Shown here one piece after another: positions 35,889 to 47,159 of a DNA stretch of 64,000 nucleotides. Position numbers and translations under genes: made by a program. The notes beneath the pieces were generated by a model that was not told the origin of the DNA, did no database searches, and worked only from the letters and a program-made list of their open reading frames with translations. Source of the DNA: an uncultured Dehalococcoidia bacterium (lineage in GTDB: Bacteria; Chloroflexota; Dehalococcoidia; Lucifugimonadales; G958296245); the NCBI GenBank assembly GCA_958296245.1, contig OY282458.1, positions 1,786,197 to 1,850,196 on the forward strand, written 5' to 3'. Within the stretch, counting starts at the first letter, position 1. The number at the start of each line of letters is the position of its first letter.

Positions 35889-35982
35889 TTCGTGCGCTTC
35901 TCTCCTTCATCGGGGCGAGGTGTTCATTGAACCTTCCGGGCGAGGGGCCGTTCGGCGTACAATTCGTGCGCTTCTCTCCTTC
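35875..35982. repeat. 34-bp direct repeat (35875-35908 and 35949-35982) duplicating the dnaB SD, TTG start and first five codons
   Basis: CGTTCGGCGTACAATTCGTGCGCTTCTCTCCTTC occurs twice, 74 bp apart. The proximal copy spans the dnaB initiation region. Confidence 0.9.
35924..35962 (-). CDS. candidate 12-codon upstream ORF (MYAERPLARKVQ*) created by the duplicated dnaB initiation region
   Basis: It has the same SD (AAGGAGAG) and TTG start as dnaB. It diverges after codon 5 and stops at TGA about 17 nt before the dnaB SD. Confidence 0.3.
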   Translation of the reverse strand: MYAERPLARKVQ

Positions 35983-36075
35983 CCTGCGGGAAAGGCGACC
36001 CGTCCTGCCTGTCTGCGCCTACCGGGCAAGCACAGCGTGGACGGAGCGGACGTATGGCCCAGCCTACAGCGCGGC

Positions 36076-36645
36076 CTAGCCGGATTCGGGAGGAGCAGTC
36101 CCCTCCGCAGGAGACGCCGGGGGCTCTCCCGTGCCGCCGCCGTCTTCCGCCTCCGACTCGGCGGCCTCGATGCCGGCTCTGACTTCGTCCGGGTCCGATC
36201 CCACCGGATGGACCAGCACCGACACGGTGGCCGTCACGTCGGCGTGAAGCCTGAGCCCGGCTTCGAAGATACCCACCTCGCGTACGGATCCCGGGAGCTC
36301 GACGATGCGGCGGTCGATCTCCCGGCCCGTGATCTTCGACAGCTCATCAGCCACGATAGCGTTGGTGACAGACCCATAGAGGCGGCCCGAGGCGCCCGCT
36401 CTCATCGCCACGTTCACCGCCGACCCCTCGAGCATCGCCCCCAAGGCCCTCATGTCCTCAAGGGTCTTGATCCGCTGCTCCTCGGCCTGCTTGCCCAAGC
36501 GCGCGACTCGCTGCAGCGCGTCCGGGGTTGCCGGAACAGCTAACTTCTTAGGGATGAGGTAGTTGCGGGCGAACCCGCCCTTGACCTCTTTGATCTCCCC
36601 TCCCAATGCCACCCCACTAACGTCTTCTAGGAATACAACCCTCAT
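36076..36645 (-). CDS. rplI: 50S ribosomal protein L9 with acidic C-terminal extension
   Basis: MRVVFLEDVSGVALGGEIKEVKGGFARNYLIPKKLAV is the canonical L9 N-domain. ATG 36645 is preceded by GAGGTG, and there is an extra Glu/Gly/Pro-rich tail. Confidence 0.9.
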   Translation of the reverse strand: MRVVFLEDVSGVALGGEIKEVKGGFARNYLIPKKLAVPATPDALQRVARLGKQAEEQRIKTLEDMRALGAMLEGSAVNVAMRAGASGRLYGSVTNAIVADELSKITGREIDRRIVELPGSVREVGIFEAGLRLHADVTATVSVLVHPVGSDPDEVRAGIEAAESEAEDGGGTGEPPASPAEGTAPPESG

Positions 36646-36700
36646 CGACAGCACCTCGAAAATGGCTCGGCCGCCCCCGTCACTGTGCGAGCAACCACCC

Positions 36701-36803
36701 TCAGTTGAAGTCTACAGAAAGCGAAGGCGCGGGCTTGATTGTTGTCACCCCCCCCCACCACAATCAATGATCAGTTGGAGTCTACAGAAGCGGAGGCGCG
36801 GGC
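36701..36803. repeat. imperfect 33-34-bp direct repeats flanking an 11-bp inverted repeat with a poly-C loop
   Basis: TCAGTTGAAGTCTACAGAAAGCGAAGGCGCGGGC (36701-36734) versus TCAGTTGGAGTCTACAGAAGCGGAGGCGCGGGC (36771-36803). Between them lies TTGATTGTTGT-CACCCCCCCCC-ACCACAATCAA (36735-36767). Confidence 0.85.
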
Positions 36804-36859
36804 GCTAGGCGGCGGCCCCTGAATTGCCCCGAATTGGTCCAAAGAGTCATGATAGCAAA

Positions 36860-37792
36860 TCAGCCCCGATCTTCCGGGCCAAGTTCCATGACGGCATCCA
36901 ATGCGTCAGGGATCACACGGATGACGTCCAAGGCCGGCTGTCCCGGCAGTTCGACCCCGACGGCGAACTCCTTGCCCGCAGTCAGCCGGGGATCCAACCC
37001 CAGAAGGCTCACGGTGATCTCGACCTCCTCGCCCGGACCGAGATTAGGCCCCTCTCCATCTATCCAACGTACGCTCCAGACGTTCACCACTTCCGCCGTA
37101 ATCACCTCGCGGAAGGCGATGGCTCCGGTGCCTTGGTCAGAGTCGTAGTAGACGATGCGCGTACCCGAATCTATCAGCGGGAAGGCTATGCTCTCCGACC
37201 TATTCCTCATCCTGAACTCAATGGAGTCGACGGCATCCAGCGCCTCGTTGGAATGCGCCCTGACAGGCCCCGCAATGGCGACCGGAGCTTGCCCCGCCGC
37301 AGGACTCGCCACTGCCTCCTCAGGCGCCTCCGGCGGGGTGGCCGACGCGGCCTGCGCAAGGACGGAGATGGCCTCCTCGGCGTCGTCCATCCGCCCCGCG
37401 ACGGCATCCAGATCCCGCCTGACCGTTCCCAACTGACCCCGAATCTCGGCCAGCTCGGCCCGGAGCTCGGAGTCGCCGTTCGGCGCCGCCTCCTCCTGTT
37501 CGACTCCTGCGCCGGCATCGGGTCTGAGCCGAAGGCCGACGGTCAGCACGATCAGACCCAATACGGCCAACACCAGCAGCCCCGCCCCCCCCGGGAACCG
37601 CTGAATGGGCCGCCTCAAGGCCACGGTCGCCGCGAACCACATGACGCCGGCGGCGAAAGCCAGAAAGCCGAGAATGACCAACAACAACCACGTCATGACA
37701 ATCGACACCGTTGGGATTGCGGATGGACTGGACGACAGCGCCTTGGAAGGCTCTACGTCCAATGTTATTCTACCCTCATCCACGGCGTCCAC
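36860..37792 (-). CDS. hypothetical membrane protein (two TM helices, coiled-coil segment, C-terminal beta-rich domain)
   Basis: Hydrophobic helices WLLLVILGFLAFAAGVMWFAA and LLVLAVLGLIVLTVGL. The plus-strand ORF over this region is Arg-rich and looks like an artefact. The start codon is uncertain: GTG 37792 has no SD, and ATG 37696 is an alternative. Confidence 0.5.
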   Translation of the reverse strand: MDAVDEGRITLDVEPSKALSSSPSAIPTVSIVMTWLLLVILGFLAFAAGVMWFAATVALRRPIQRFPGGAGLLVLAVLGLIVLTVGLRLRPDAGAGVEQEEAAPNGDSELRAELAEIRGQLGTVRRDLDAVAGRMDDAEEAISVLAQAASATPPEAPEEAVASPAAGQAPVAIAGPVRAHSNEALDAVDSIEFRMRNRSESIAFPLIDSGTRIVYYDSDQGTGAIAFREVITAEVVNVWSVRWIDGEGPNLGPGEEVEITVSLLGLDPRLTAGKEFAVGVELPGQPALDVIRVIPDALDAVMELGPEDRG

Positions 37793-37807
37793 GTTGGAGG
37801 CAACCCT

Positions 37808-39388
37808 ATGTTTGACATCGTCATCTCCGGCGGCACGGTTGTCGACGGCTCCGGGGGGCCGTCCTCCCCCGCCGACGTCGGCATACGGAACGGGCGTATC
37901 GACGCGATTGGGGACCTGTCCCTATCGGAAGCAAGGCGCGTCATCGACGCGCGGGGCCACGCCGTGTCACCGGGGTTCATCGACACCCATACCCACTCGG
38001 AAGGCGCGTTGCTGCTGGACCCCCAGCACGCCAACGGGCTCAGGCAGGGGATCACGACGGAGTTCCTAGGTATCGACGGGATGTCCTACGCCCCGTTGTC
38101 TCCGGACAACTACCGCACGTACCGGCGGTGGCTATCGGGGCTGCTCGAGTTCCCGCCCGAGGACCTGGACGTGAGCAGCGTGGCCGCCTTCCGGTCCAAC
38201 TACGACCGGAAGGTCTCGGTGAACACGGTATATCTCGTGCCCAACGGCACCGTCCGCCTGGAGGCAGTCGGCTTCAGGGACGTTCCGCTGATCGGGGAGT
38301 CGATGGAGAGGTACAAGCGGCTCGTAATCGAAGGTCTGGAGCAGGGCGCGGTCGGGTTCACCACCGGGTCGAGCTACTACCCGGGACCGTGGACGAGCAC
38401 CGCCGAGCTGGTCGAGATATGCAAGACCGTCCACGAGCGCGGCGGGGTCTACATGACCGAGCCGCGCCGGGCTAACCCGGAGCGCGCACACGGGGGCGGC
38501 GGCGTCCCCGAAGCCCTGGAGGTCGCCCGCCGCTCCGGGGTGAGCCTGCACTTCGCCCACTACCGCACGGCGCCGGAGACGGCGGGCCGGATCAACGACG
38601 TCATGTCAGACATAGACCGAGCAAAGGCGGAGGGCGCCGACATCACGTTGGACATCTACCCATATCCCGCCGGGAGCAGTATCCCCGTGGCCTACCTCCC
38701 AAGCTACGCCCAGGAAGGCGGGCCGGACGAGCTGCTGCGGCGCCTCGGCGACCCCGCCGAGCGCAAGAAGATGGCGGACTACCTGGACAACGAGTACGAC
38801 CGGCCGCTCGACGAGGTTGTCTTCTGCTACCTGCCGCGGAACAGCCGCCTGGAGGGGATGAGCCTCCCGGACGTCGTAAGAGAGACAGGCGAATCCCTGG
38901 GCGAAGCGCTGTGCCGGATCCTGCTGGAGGAGGAGTTGGCAGTCGGATACCTCGGGGCGCCGCCGGCGAGCACCGCCCTATGGAGGCAGGTGAGCCGCGA
39001 CTGCATGGAGCTTCTGTCGCGGCCCGACTACATGGTCTGCAGCGACATTACACCGGCGGGCAGCATGCCTCATCCCAGAAGCTACGGCGCGTTCCCCAGA
39101 TTCCTGGGCAGACTCAGACGTGAGTTCGGTATGCTGACCCTGGAGCAGATGATCCAGCGTATGACCGACAACCCGGCGCGGCGGTTCGGTCTCACGGGGC
39201 GCGGGCGCATCGAGAAGGGCTACTACGCAGACGTCGTGGTGTTCGACCCGGAGCGCGTCGTCGACACCGCGACCTACGACAACCCGCGCCAGTTCCCCAT
39301 TGGCATCCCGTACGTCTTGGTCAACGGCGAGGTGGCCGTGGACAACGACCACTGCACCGGCGTCTTGGCCGGCCGCGCGATACCGTAG
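37808..39388 (+). CDS. N-acyl-D-amino-acid deacylase (D-aminoacylase) family amidohydrolase
   Basis: MFDIVISGGTVVDGSGGPSSPADVGIRNGRIDAIGD, then PGFIDTHTHSE metal motif, and a C-terminal GRIEKGYYADVVVFDP typical of the family. The track ORF from 36824 is an upstream read-through. Confidence 0.85.
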   Translation: MFDIVISGGTVVDGSGGPSSPADVGIRNGRIDAIGDLSLSEARRVIDARGHAVSPGFIDTHTHSEGALLLDPQHANGLRQGITTEFLGIDGMSYAPLSPDNYRTYRRWLSGLLEFPPEDLDVSSVAAFRSNYDRKVSVNTVYLVPNGTVRLEAVGFRDVPLIGESMERYKRLVIEGLEQGAVGFTTGSSYYPGPWTSTAELVEICKTVHERGGVYMTEPRRANPERAHGGGGVPEALEVARRSGVSLHFAHYRTAPETAGRINDVMSDIDRAKAEGADITLDIYPYPAGSSIPVAYLPSYAQEGGPDELLRRLGDPAERKKMADYLDNEYDRPLDEVVFCYLPRNSRLEGMSLPDVVRETGESLGEALCRILLEEELAVGYLGAPPASTALWRQVSRDCMELLSRPDYMVCSDITPAGSMPHPRSYGAFPRFLGRLRREFGMLTLEQMIQRMTDNPARRFGLTGRGRIEKGYYADVVVFDPERVVDTATYDNPRQFPIGIPYVLVNGEVAVDNDHCTGVLAGRAIP

Positions 39389-39426
39389 ACCGCCCGCGCG
39401 CCAACCGAACAAGGCCGGGTGATACG

Positions 39427-40588
39427 TCAGTAGCTCTGGAACAGGCGGCCCCAGCCGGTCTTCATGGCTTCCCGGACGCGGCGGCGGCCGATGAAGCGCA
39501 GCCAGTAGGCGTTGTGGTACAGGTTCGAGGCGACGAACGACCACGGCGCGATGGGAGAGCGCAGCAGCGCCTTCTCCAGCGGCTTCAAGGGCCCCCAGTA
39601 TATGAGGCGCTGGCCCCGACTTGCCAGGGTGCTCTGGCCGCCCTCGAAGCGCCAGTTGACCCCCGATATGTCCTCGCCCACCACGTCGATCTCGCCTATC
39701 TCTCCCGCGCCGAGGCCCGTTTCGTGCGCGAGCCTGATGAACTCGATTGACATGGGGTCGAAACCCATCATCTTGGCCGACACCGCGTCTACGGAGACCT
39801 GATCGGCCCCGGCGATGATCACGTTCTTCTCATGCCAGCGCATGGCCCGGGGCCCGGGGCCGTCCCCGGCGAAGGTCCCGTCGGTGACGGCGAAGATGCC
39901 GGGGTGTATCTCCTTCTGGATGTTCAGAAGGTCAACCAACGTCTCGTGGATCACCGAGTGGGTCCAGTGCCGCTTGCGATTGAGCAGTCCTCCGAAGGCG
40001 TTCTTCATAGCGCCCGTTATGGTCGTGAAGACGTGGGTCTTCATGGTCGGGAGGTGGACAACGTTCTTCCCGAAGAACATCTTCGGGATCTCGAAGCCCT
40101 CCGGGTAGATCTCGTCCAGCGCAAGCATCTTGGCCTTGGGCCGGTACGGCGTCCACTCGACGGGGGGGAAGTCCAGGAAGACGCTCTCCAGGCCGTACCT
40201 GTCCTCTACGGCCTTGTGTCTGTTCTTGATCGACCCCTCCACGGGATCGACTACGACGGTGCCGTTGTGGGTCGGTATCAGATCACCGTAGCCGTCGTTG
40301 CGAAGGGCGCGTATCACCCCCTCGAGCTGCCACGGGGTCGTCGAACAGGCGGGGTAGTAATGCTGCCAGGAGATGTTGATCTTCAACAGCGTTGCTGCGT
40401 CGGCTGGGAGGGCGCTCCGGTAGTCGGCCAACCGCATGGCACGGCTGACGTCGTCTAAGACCGACTCGGGCGTGGTGTATAGGACCGCGACCTTGGACTT
40501 GGCGGCCCTCGGAGCGCTGGAGGCCTTCCGGTCCGTGCGGGGCATTGCCGCTTGGGCGGCCTCTGCGGACCATGTATCGGCGGCGGGC

Positions 40589-40596
<8 letters not shown>
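39427..40596 (-). CDS. DUF362 domain protein
   Basis: [10 protein letters not shown]...[29 protein letters not shown] and the downstream blocks fit the DUF362 layout. ATG 40545 is an alternative start. Confidence 0.7.
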
Positions 40597-42088
<1,492 letters not shown>

Positions 42089-42116
42089 ATTCCCATCCTC
42101 ATCCTCCGTTCGAAGG

Positions 42117-43937
42117 CTAGCCGCTACGGATGCTGCTGCGAAAGAGGTCCCTCAGCTTGGCGTTAACGCTCACAATGGGTTCCTCGAGGGTTTTGGGAGG
42201 GGGCTCCTTGGCGTCCGCGGACGCCAAGATGTTCTCTTGCAGCTCCCGGAGATGGCGCTGCTCCAACCGTCTGAGCGATTGGTCAAGGGCATCAGAATCC
42301 GACTGCCGGTCACCCGGCCCATATTCGACCCTGCTAAGGTAGTCTAGGCGGTCGTAAAGGCTCGCGTCGATCGAGCCTCGAAGTTCGTCTATTGTAGAGC
42401 AGCTTTGCAGCGAGGTAAATAGCTCTCTGTTCTCTATTGCGCGGAATCGGTCGGACGCAACACCCGTGGCCGCATCTTTCAACTCCGGCCGCCGAAGTAG
42501 AAGCGACAGGATGGATTCTTCCAGGTAGTCGCGCCCCTCTTTGGCGACCGAGGAGCTTTCCGCAGATACGGGATCGGCCCTCTCGCGGCCCCTGCGGTCC
42601 GCCGCCCTGCCGAGGGCCGACGGCCCGCCTATGCTGGCCTCCAACGCCCCCCTGCTGACCCCCAAGGCCTCGGAGGTTAGCTGGAAGTAGTGCTCCTGCT
42701 CGACGGCGCTCCCAACCGAGGCGATGACCGGAGCCAGAGCCTCCGCGGCCTCGGCGCGGCCACGGGGTTGGGTAAGATCGTACCGCGCCGCGATAGCCCG
42801 TATCATGAACTCTACGTAAGGTCTGGCCTCCGCGACGACCTTCTTCCACTCGCCGGGGTCCCTCCTGATGAGCGTGTCCGGGTCCTGTCCGGCAGGGAGC
42901 GCAGCGATAGCCAACTCGAGCTTGCGCCCTCGGAACACGGCTCCCACCGCACGGAAACCGGACCCGGCCTGGTGCCGCTCCAACACCTTCCACGACGCCT
43001 CCAGGCTGTTCAGAGCGGCCGCCTGTCCTGCAACGTCAGGGTCCAAGGCCAGTACGAACTTGCCCGCGGCAGCCCTCAGCACTCCAACCTGACGCTCGGT
43101 TAGCGCCGTCCCCATAGACGCCACCACGTTGGCAAACCCGGCCTGATGAGCAGCTATGACGTCCATGTAGCCTTCGACGATCACCGCGGCGCCGTCATCG
43201 CGTATGGGCTGCGCGGCCAAGTGGAGGCCGTACAGGGTGGCCCGCTTGTCGAATATCGGGCCTGCGGCGGTGTTGATGTACTTGGGGTCCGACCCGTCCA
43301 GGGAACGCCCCGCGAACCCGATCACGCCGCCGTGCCTGTCTTGGATCGGGAACATGAGCCGGCCCCAGAAGAAGTCGCGGACGCCGCCGTCACCGCCTTT
43401 GCGGAGCAGCCCGGCCTCGACGGCGTTCTCTATGTCGAAGCCCAGAGTTTGGAGGTGAGCCTTGAGTTTGTTCCCCCTCTGCGGACTGAAGCCAAGCTTG
43501 AATGAGTTCCGCGCGGATTCGTCGACGCCCCGCTCAGTTAGGTACGCCTTAGCCCGGGAGCCTTCCGGGGAGTCCAGCGCGCGTTGGTAGAAGTCGGCGG
43601 CCTCCAGGTTGATGCGGCGCAGGGCCGAGTACCGCTCGGCGCTTCCCCGTCTCGCGGGCCGCAGGTCCACACCTGCCCGGTCGGCGAGCAGCCTCAATGC
43701 ATCCCCGAACTCGACGCCCTCCTTCCGCATGACGAACGTGAAGGCGTCGCCGCCCGTGGAGCACGCCCCGAAGCAGTGCCAAGCCTGCCTCTCCGGGTTC
43801 ACCACGAACGAGGGCGTCTTCTCGTCGTGGAAGGGGCATCTGGCCTTGTAGTTGCGGCCCGATTTCCTGAGCGAGACGTAGCCGGAGACTACGTCCACGA
43901 CGTCCAAGCGGGCCCTTACGTCGTCGACGACGCTCAC
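42117..43937 (-). CDS. dnaG: DNA primase
   Basis: Zinc ribbon [30 protein letters not shown], a TOPRIM region ([19 protein letters not shown]), and a GTG start overlapping the upstream stop (GTGA). Confidence 0.95.
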   Translation of the reverse strand: MSVVDDVRARLDVVDVVSGYVSLRKSGRNYKARCPFHDEKTPSFVVNPERQAWHCFGACSTGGDAFTFVMRKEGVEFGDALRLLADRAGVDLRPARRGSAERYSALRRINLEAADFYQRALDSPEGSRAKAYLTERGVDESARNSFKLGFSPQRGNKLKAHLQTLGFDIENAVEAGLLRKGGDGGVRDFFWGRLMFPIQDRHGGVIGFAGRSLDGSDPKYINTAAGPIFDKRATLYGLHLAAQPIRDDGAAVIVEGYMDVIAAHQAGFANVVASMGTALTERQVGVLRAAAGKFVLALDPDVAGQAAALNSLEASWKVLERHQAGSGFRAVGAVFRGRKLELAIAALPAGQDPDTLIRRDPGEWKKVVAEARPYVEFMIRAIAARYDLTQPRGRAEAAEALAPVIASVGSAVEQEHYFQLTSEALGVSRGALEASIGGPSALGRAADRRGRERADPVSAESSSVAKEGRDYLEESILSLLLRRPELKDAATGVASDRFRAIENRELFTSLQSCSTIDELRGSIDASLYDRLDYLSRVEYGPGDRQSDSDALDQSLRRLEQRHLRELQENILASADAKEPPPKTLEEPIVSVNAKLRDLFRSSIRSG

Positions 43938-44347
43938 TCGGACACCTGCTCGGTCCTTGCGGGAGGGTCTGCGCGCTCGTCATCCTCATCCGCCTGCGCA
44001 TATGCGAACTGCGCTATGCGCGTAATGGGTCGGTTGACGCTGGACAGGTGCCACCCCACGTGGGCCAGCACGGCCTTCAGGTCTACGAGGCAATCGGCTG
44101 CGGCCTCCCAGCCGTCTCCGGATCTCAGAAAGCCCTCGACCCGTGACGCCAACTGCTGTTGGGCGTTCCAGAGGTCGGCCAGATCGGTGCTCAGCCTTGC
44201 CAGGTCGTCGTCAAGACGATCGGGCAGGCCCATCTCCTTGAGCTTTATGACCACGTTGTGAGCCATCACCGCCGTCATGCGGGCCCGCGCCATGTCCGGC
44301 TCCAGACTTGGAGGGCGGCTAGCGCCCGGGTTGGGTATGTCTGCCAA
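43934..44347 (-). CDS. hypothetical helical protein translationally coupled to dnaG
   Basis: 137 aa with a TTG start preceded by GAGGAGG (6-nt spacing). Its stop overlaps the dnaG GTG start. No motif was recognised. Confidence 0.55.
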   Translation of the reverse strand: MADIPNPGASRPPSLEPDMARARMTAVMAHNVVIKLKEMGLPDRLDDDLARLSTDLADLWNAQQQLASRVEGFLRSGDGWEAAADCLVDLKAVLAHVGWHLSSVNRPITRIAQFAYAQADEDDERADPPARTEQVSE

Positions 44348-44366
44348 TCGACGCCTCCTCGAGAGG

Positions 44367-44585
44367 CTAATACTCGCCCGTGTAGTGTTGGACGTAGGTC
44401 GTCCAGACCTCCCGGATGGACTCCAATGACCTCTGCTGGGGCGCCGGGCTCATCTTGCTAATCTGCCCGAATATGCTCTTCCAGAGGCTGTCCACTTCTC
44501 GTCTCCACGGGCCGAACTCCAACCCGTGGGTGTCGCGCTGCATCGCCTCCAAGTGCTCCTGGACCAGTTTGACCCTGTTGCTCAC
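44367..44585 (-). CDS. hypothetical small protein (about 58-72 aa)
   Basis: The reading frame continues from the track ORF 44367..44735, whose 5' part overlaps the dgt 3' end. Likely starts are GTG 44585 or ATG 44543 (GGAGG just upstream). The TAA stop lies 20 nt before the next gene. Confidence 0.4.
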   Translation of the reverse strand: MSNRVKLVQEHLEAMQRDTHGLEFGPWRREVDSLWKSIFGQISKMSPAPQQRSLESIREVWTTYVQHYTGEY

Positions 44586-44614
44586 GGTACGGCTGCGAAT
44601 CCTGTCCGACGGCG

Positions 44615-45691
44615 TCAAGGCAAGTATCCCACAGAGCCATTGGCAAACTGCCGCGCCAGCCCCGGGCGCGTTCGCTCGGCCTCCCGTATGGCGTACAGAT
44701 CGGACATCCCCGCGACGTAGTCCACGACCTGCCACCCGTCTTCCAGTGAGCTGGGCGGGAGCGCGTCCGAGTTCTCGGCATAGTGTTGGTACAGGATCCC
44801 GATGATCTCGCGAGCGGTCCGCCCCTCAGGGCCTTGGTCTTCGGGTAAGTATACCCTTTGAAACATGAACTCGCGCATCGTCATGACGGCGTTGCAAATG
44901 CGTTCGCTCATCGCGACCCGGGGAGCGCCGCCGGGGTCCGCTCTCTCCTCGCCGGCGGCGGCCCACGAAGACTCGACCACGTCGGAGACCATCGTATTGA
45001 CCCTTTGCGAGTGGCTCGTCCCGAGCACTTCAGCAACTACGTCGGGCACGTCTACCCACGTGATGATGCCGGCCCTGAAAGCGTCCATCAGGTCGTGGTT
45101 CAGATAGGCAACCGCGTCTGAAATACGGCATATCTGCCCCTCCAGTGAAAGGCCGTCCGGGAGGTGGGCAGCTAGGAAGTCGCCGCGGGGCTTCGAATGG
45201 TGGAGTATGCCTTGCCTGACCTCCGTGGTCAGGTTCAGCCCGGCGCCGTCCTTCTCCAGCTTCTCGACGATCCTCAGGCTCTGTTCGGCGTGCCTGAAGC
45301 CTCCGGGGTGCAGCTTTCCGAGTTCGTACTCGCCAACGTGGCCGAAGGGCGTGTGCCCAAGGTCGTGCCCGAGAGCGATAGCCTCAGCCAGGTCCTCGTT
45401 CAGGTTGAGCGCCCTGGAGATGGTGCGGGCTATCTGAGCCACCTCAAGCGTATGTGTGAGTCTGGTGACGTAATGGTCTCCGGCGGGCGCTATGAACACC
45501 TGTGTTTTGTGCTTCAGCCGGCGGAAAGACTTGGAGTGGAGGATCCGGTCTCGGTCGCGCTGGAACTCGGTCCTGATACGGTCCGGCTCCTCTTCACGGT
45601 CCCTGCTGCTGTTGCCGGACTTGGCGGCGAAGGGCGAGAGGAGCTTCTCGCGCTCCTCCAACCGTTGCCTAATTGAAGCAGGCGTTGTCAC
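44615..45691 (-). CDS. dgt: dGTP triphosphohydrolase-like HD-domain protein
   Basis: Contains FQRDRDRILHSKSFRRLKHKTQVF, HYVTRLTHTLEVAQIARTI and LGHDLGHTPFGH. Confidence 0.9.
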   Translation of the reverse strand: MTTPASIRQRLEEREKLLSPFAAKSGNSSRDREEEPDRIRTEFQRDRDRILHSKSFRRLKHKTQVFIAPAGDHYVTRLTHTLEVAQIARTISRALNLNEDLAEAIALGHDLGHTPFGHVGEYELGKLHPGGFRHAEQSLRIVEKLEKDGAGLNLTTEVRQGILHHSKPRGDFLAAHLPDGLSLEGQICRISDAVAYLNHDLMDAFRAGIITWVDVPDVVAEVLGTSHSQRVNTMVSDVVESSWAAAGEERADPGGAPRVAMSERICNAVMTMREFMFQRVYLPEDQGPEGRTAREIIGILYQHYAENSDALPPSSLEDGWQVVDYVAGMSDLYAIREAERTRPGLARQFANGSVGYLP

Positions 45692-45795
45692 TCAGGAGAC
45701 CAGCATGGGGAGGCGCCGGGGCCGCTGGATGAGGGTCCCATTCCCGGTCGGTTGGGTCGGTGGGCTTTTGGGGGAGCATCGGGGCATCGGGGTGT

Positions 45796-45804
45796 ATTAT
45801 AGCA
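45796..45804 (-). promoter_or_regulatory. extended -10 element (TGCTATAAT on the minus strand) upstream of dgt
   Basis: The reverse complement of 45796-45804 reads TGCTATAAT, about 105 nt upstream of the dgt start. No good -35 is present. Confidence 0.35.
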
Positions 45805-45999
45805 TGGGGTTAGCCCCGCCATCGCGGTAGACCGGTTCCCGGCAGGGCCTGAGAAGGTCTCAGCCACTCTGCACGCCACGTAATTTTCTCGCAGCCCGTT
45901 CAGGGATATTCAGTATTGGGGGGCTTTGAGATGGCGGTGTTATCTCCAGGTCCATAGGGGTGAGCGGGGCGCGTTGAGAGTACCCGGTACGCCGTCCTG

Positions 46000-47094
46000 C
46001 TACACTCGGCCGGCGATGACGCCGCCCATCCGTGCGGTTCCGACCACGCCGCCTCCGTCACCCGCTATATCGGGAGTCCGGTAGCCCTCCGCGAGGACGG
46101 CTTCGACGGAACGCTCCACGGCCACGGCCTCCTCCTCCAGTCCAAAGGAGTAACGGAGCATCAGGGCCATACTCAAGATGGCGCCGATGGGGTTGGCAAT
46201 GCCTTGGCCGGCGATGTCCGGGGCGCTGCCGTGAATGGGCTCGTAGAGAGCCGAGGGTCGGCGGGGCTTCCCGGCGCCGGGAAGCCCCGAGAGGCTTGCC
46301 GACTGCAACATGCCGAGGGAGCCGGACAGCACGGCCGCCTCATCGGAGATGATGTCCCCGAAGGTATTCTCCGAGACGACCACGTCGAAGCGGCTGGGGT
46401 CCCTTATGAGCTGCATGGCCAAGTTATCGACGTAGATGTGATCGACCTCCACGTCGGGATAGTCGGCCGCCAGTTCCGTGGCGATCTCCCGCCATAGCCG
46501 GGACGACTCGAGCACGTTGGCCTTGTCGGCGGAAGTCAGCTGCTTGCGGCGTCGGCGGGCCAGTTCGAACGCGACCCGGAGCACGCGCTCGATCTCGCGC
46601 TCTGTGTAGCGCAGTGTGTCGACGCCGCGCCGGCCTCGCGAGGTTGTCCAGCGGCGTTTGGGCCTCGAGAAGTAGAGGCCGCCGGTCAGCTCTCTAACGA
46701 TGAGCATGTCGACGCCTTCGAGAAGGTGCGGCTTCAGTGGGCTGGAGTTGACGAGCGCCGGGTAAGCTCTGACCGGGCGGAGGTTCGCGAACAGTCCCAT
46801 CCGCTTGCGCAGGTCGAGGATACCCTGTTCGGGGTGCACGTGGGCGTGTGGGTCATCCCACTTCGGGCCGCCTACGGCCCCGAACAGCACGGCGTCGGCC
46901 TCGTGGCAGACCGCGGACGTTTCGTCCGGCAGCGGCGTGCCGAATGTGTCTATGGCATGGCCGCCGATGCTGCCCGTGACGACGTTGACGGCGTGCCCAA
47001 AGCGGGAGGCCACGGCATCGAGCACTCTGACCGCCTCGGCGGTTACCTCCGGTCCCGCACCGTCGCCAGGCAGGACCGCCACGTTGAGTTTCAT
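46000..47094 (-). CDS. leuB: 3-isopropylmalate dehydrogenase
   Basis: MKLNVAVLPGDGAGPEV..., NLRP, a DMLIVRELTGGLYF region and ENTFGDIISDEAAVLSGSLGML. ATG 47094 is preceded by GGGAGGAG. Confidence 0.93.
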   Translation of the reverse strand: MKLNVAVLPGDGAGPEVTAEAVRVLDAVASRFGHAVNVVTGSIGGHAIDTFGTPLPDETSAVCHEADAVLFGAVGGPKWDDPHAHVHPEQGILDLRKRMGLFANLRPVRAYPALVNSSPLKPHLLEGVDMLIVRELTGGLYFSRPKRRWTTSRGRRGVDTLRYTEREIERVLRVAFELARRRRKQLTSADKANVLESSRLWREIATELAADYPDVEVDHIYVDNLAMQLIRDPSRFDVVVSENTFGDIISDEAAVLSGSLGMLQSASLSGLPGAGKPRRPSALYEPIHGSAPDIAGQGIANPIGAILSMALMLRYSFGLEEEAVAVERSVEAVLAEGYRTPDIAGDGGGVVGTARMGGVIAGRV

Positions 47095-47159
47095 CGCTCC
47101 TCCCATCGAGCCTTGACAGCCGGCTTGGCAGCCCGAACGTCCTCAGCAGGCTGCTGGAC

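Noticed and set aside
36824-37807. N-terminal 328-aa extension of the 854-aa plus-strand ORF
   Set aside because: The D-aminoacylase homology begins at the internal ATG 37808 (MFDIVISGG...). The extension is Arg-rich and is antisense to a plausible membrane protein with clear TM helices.
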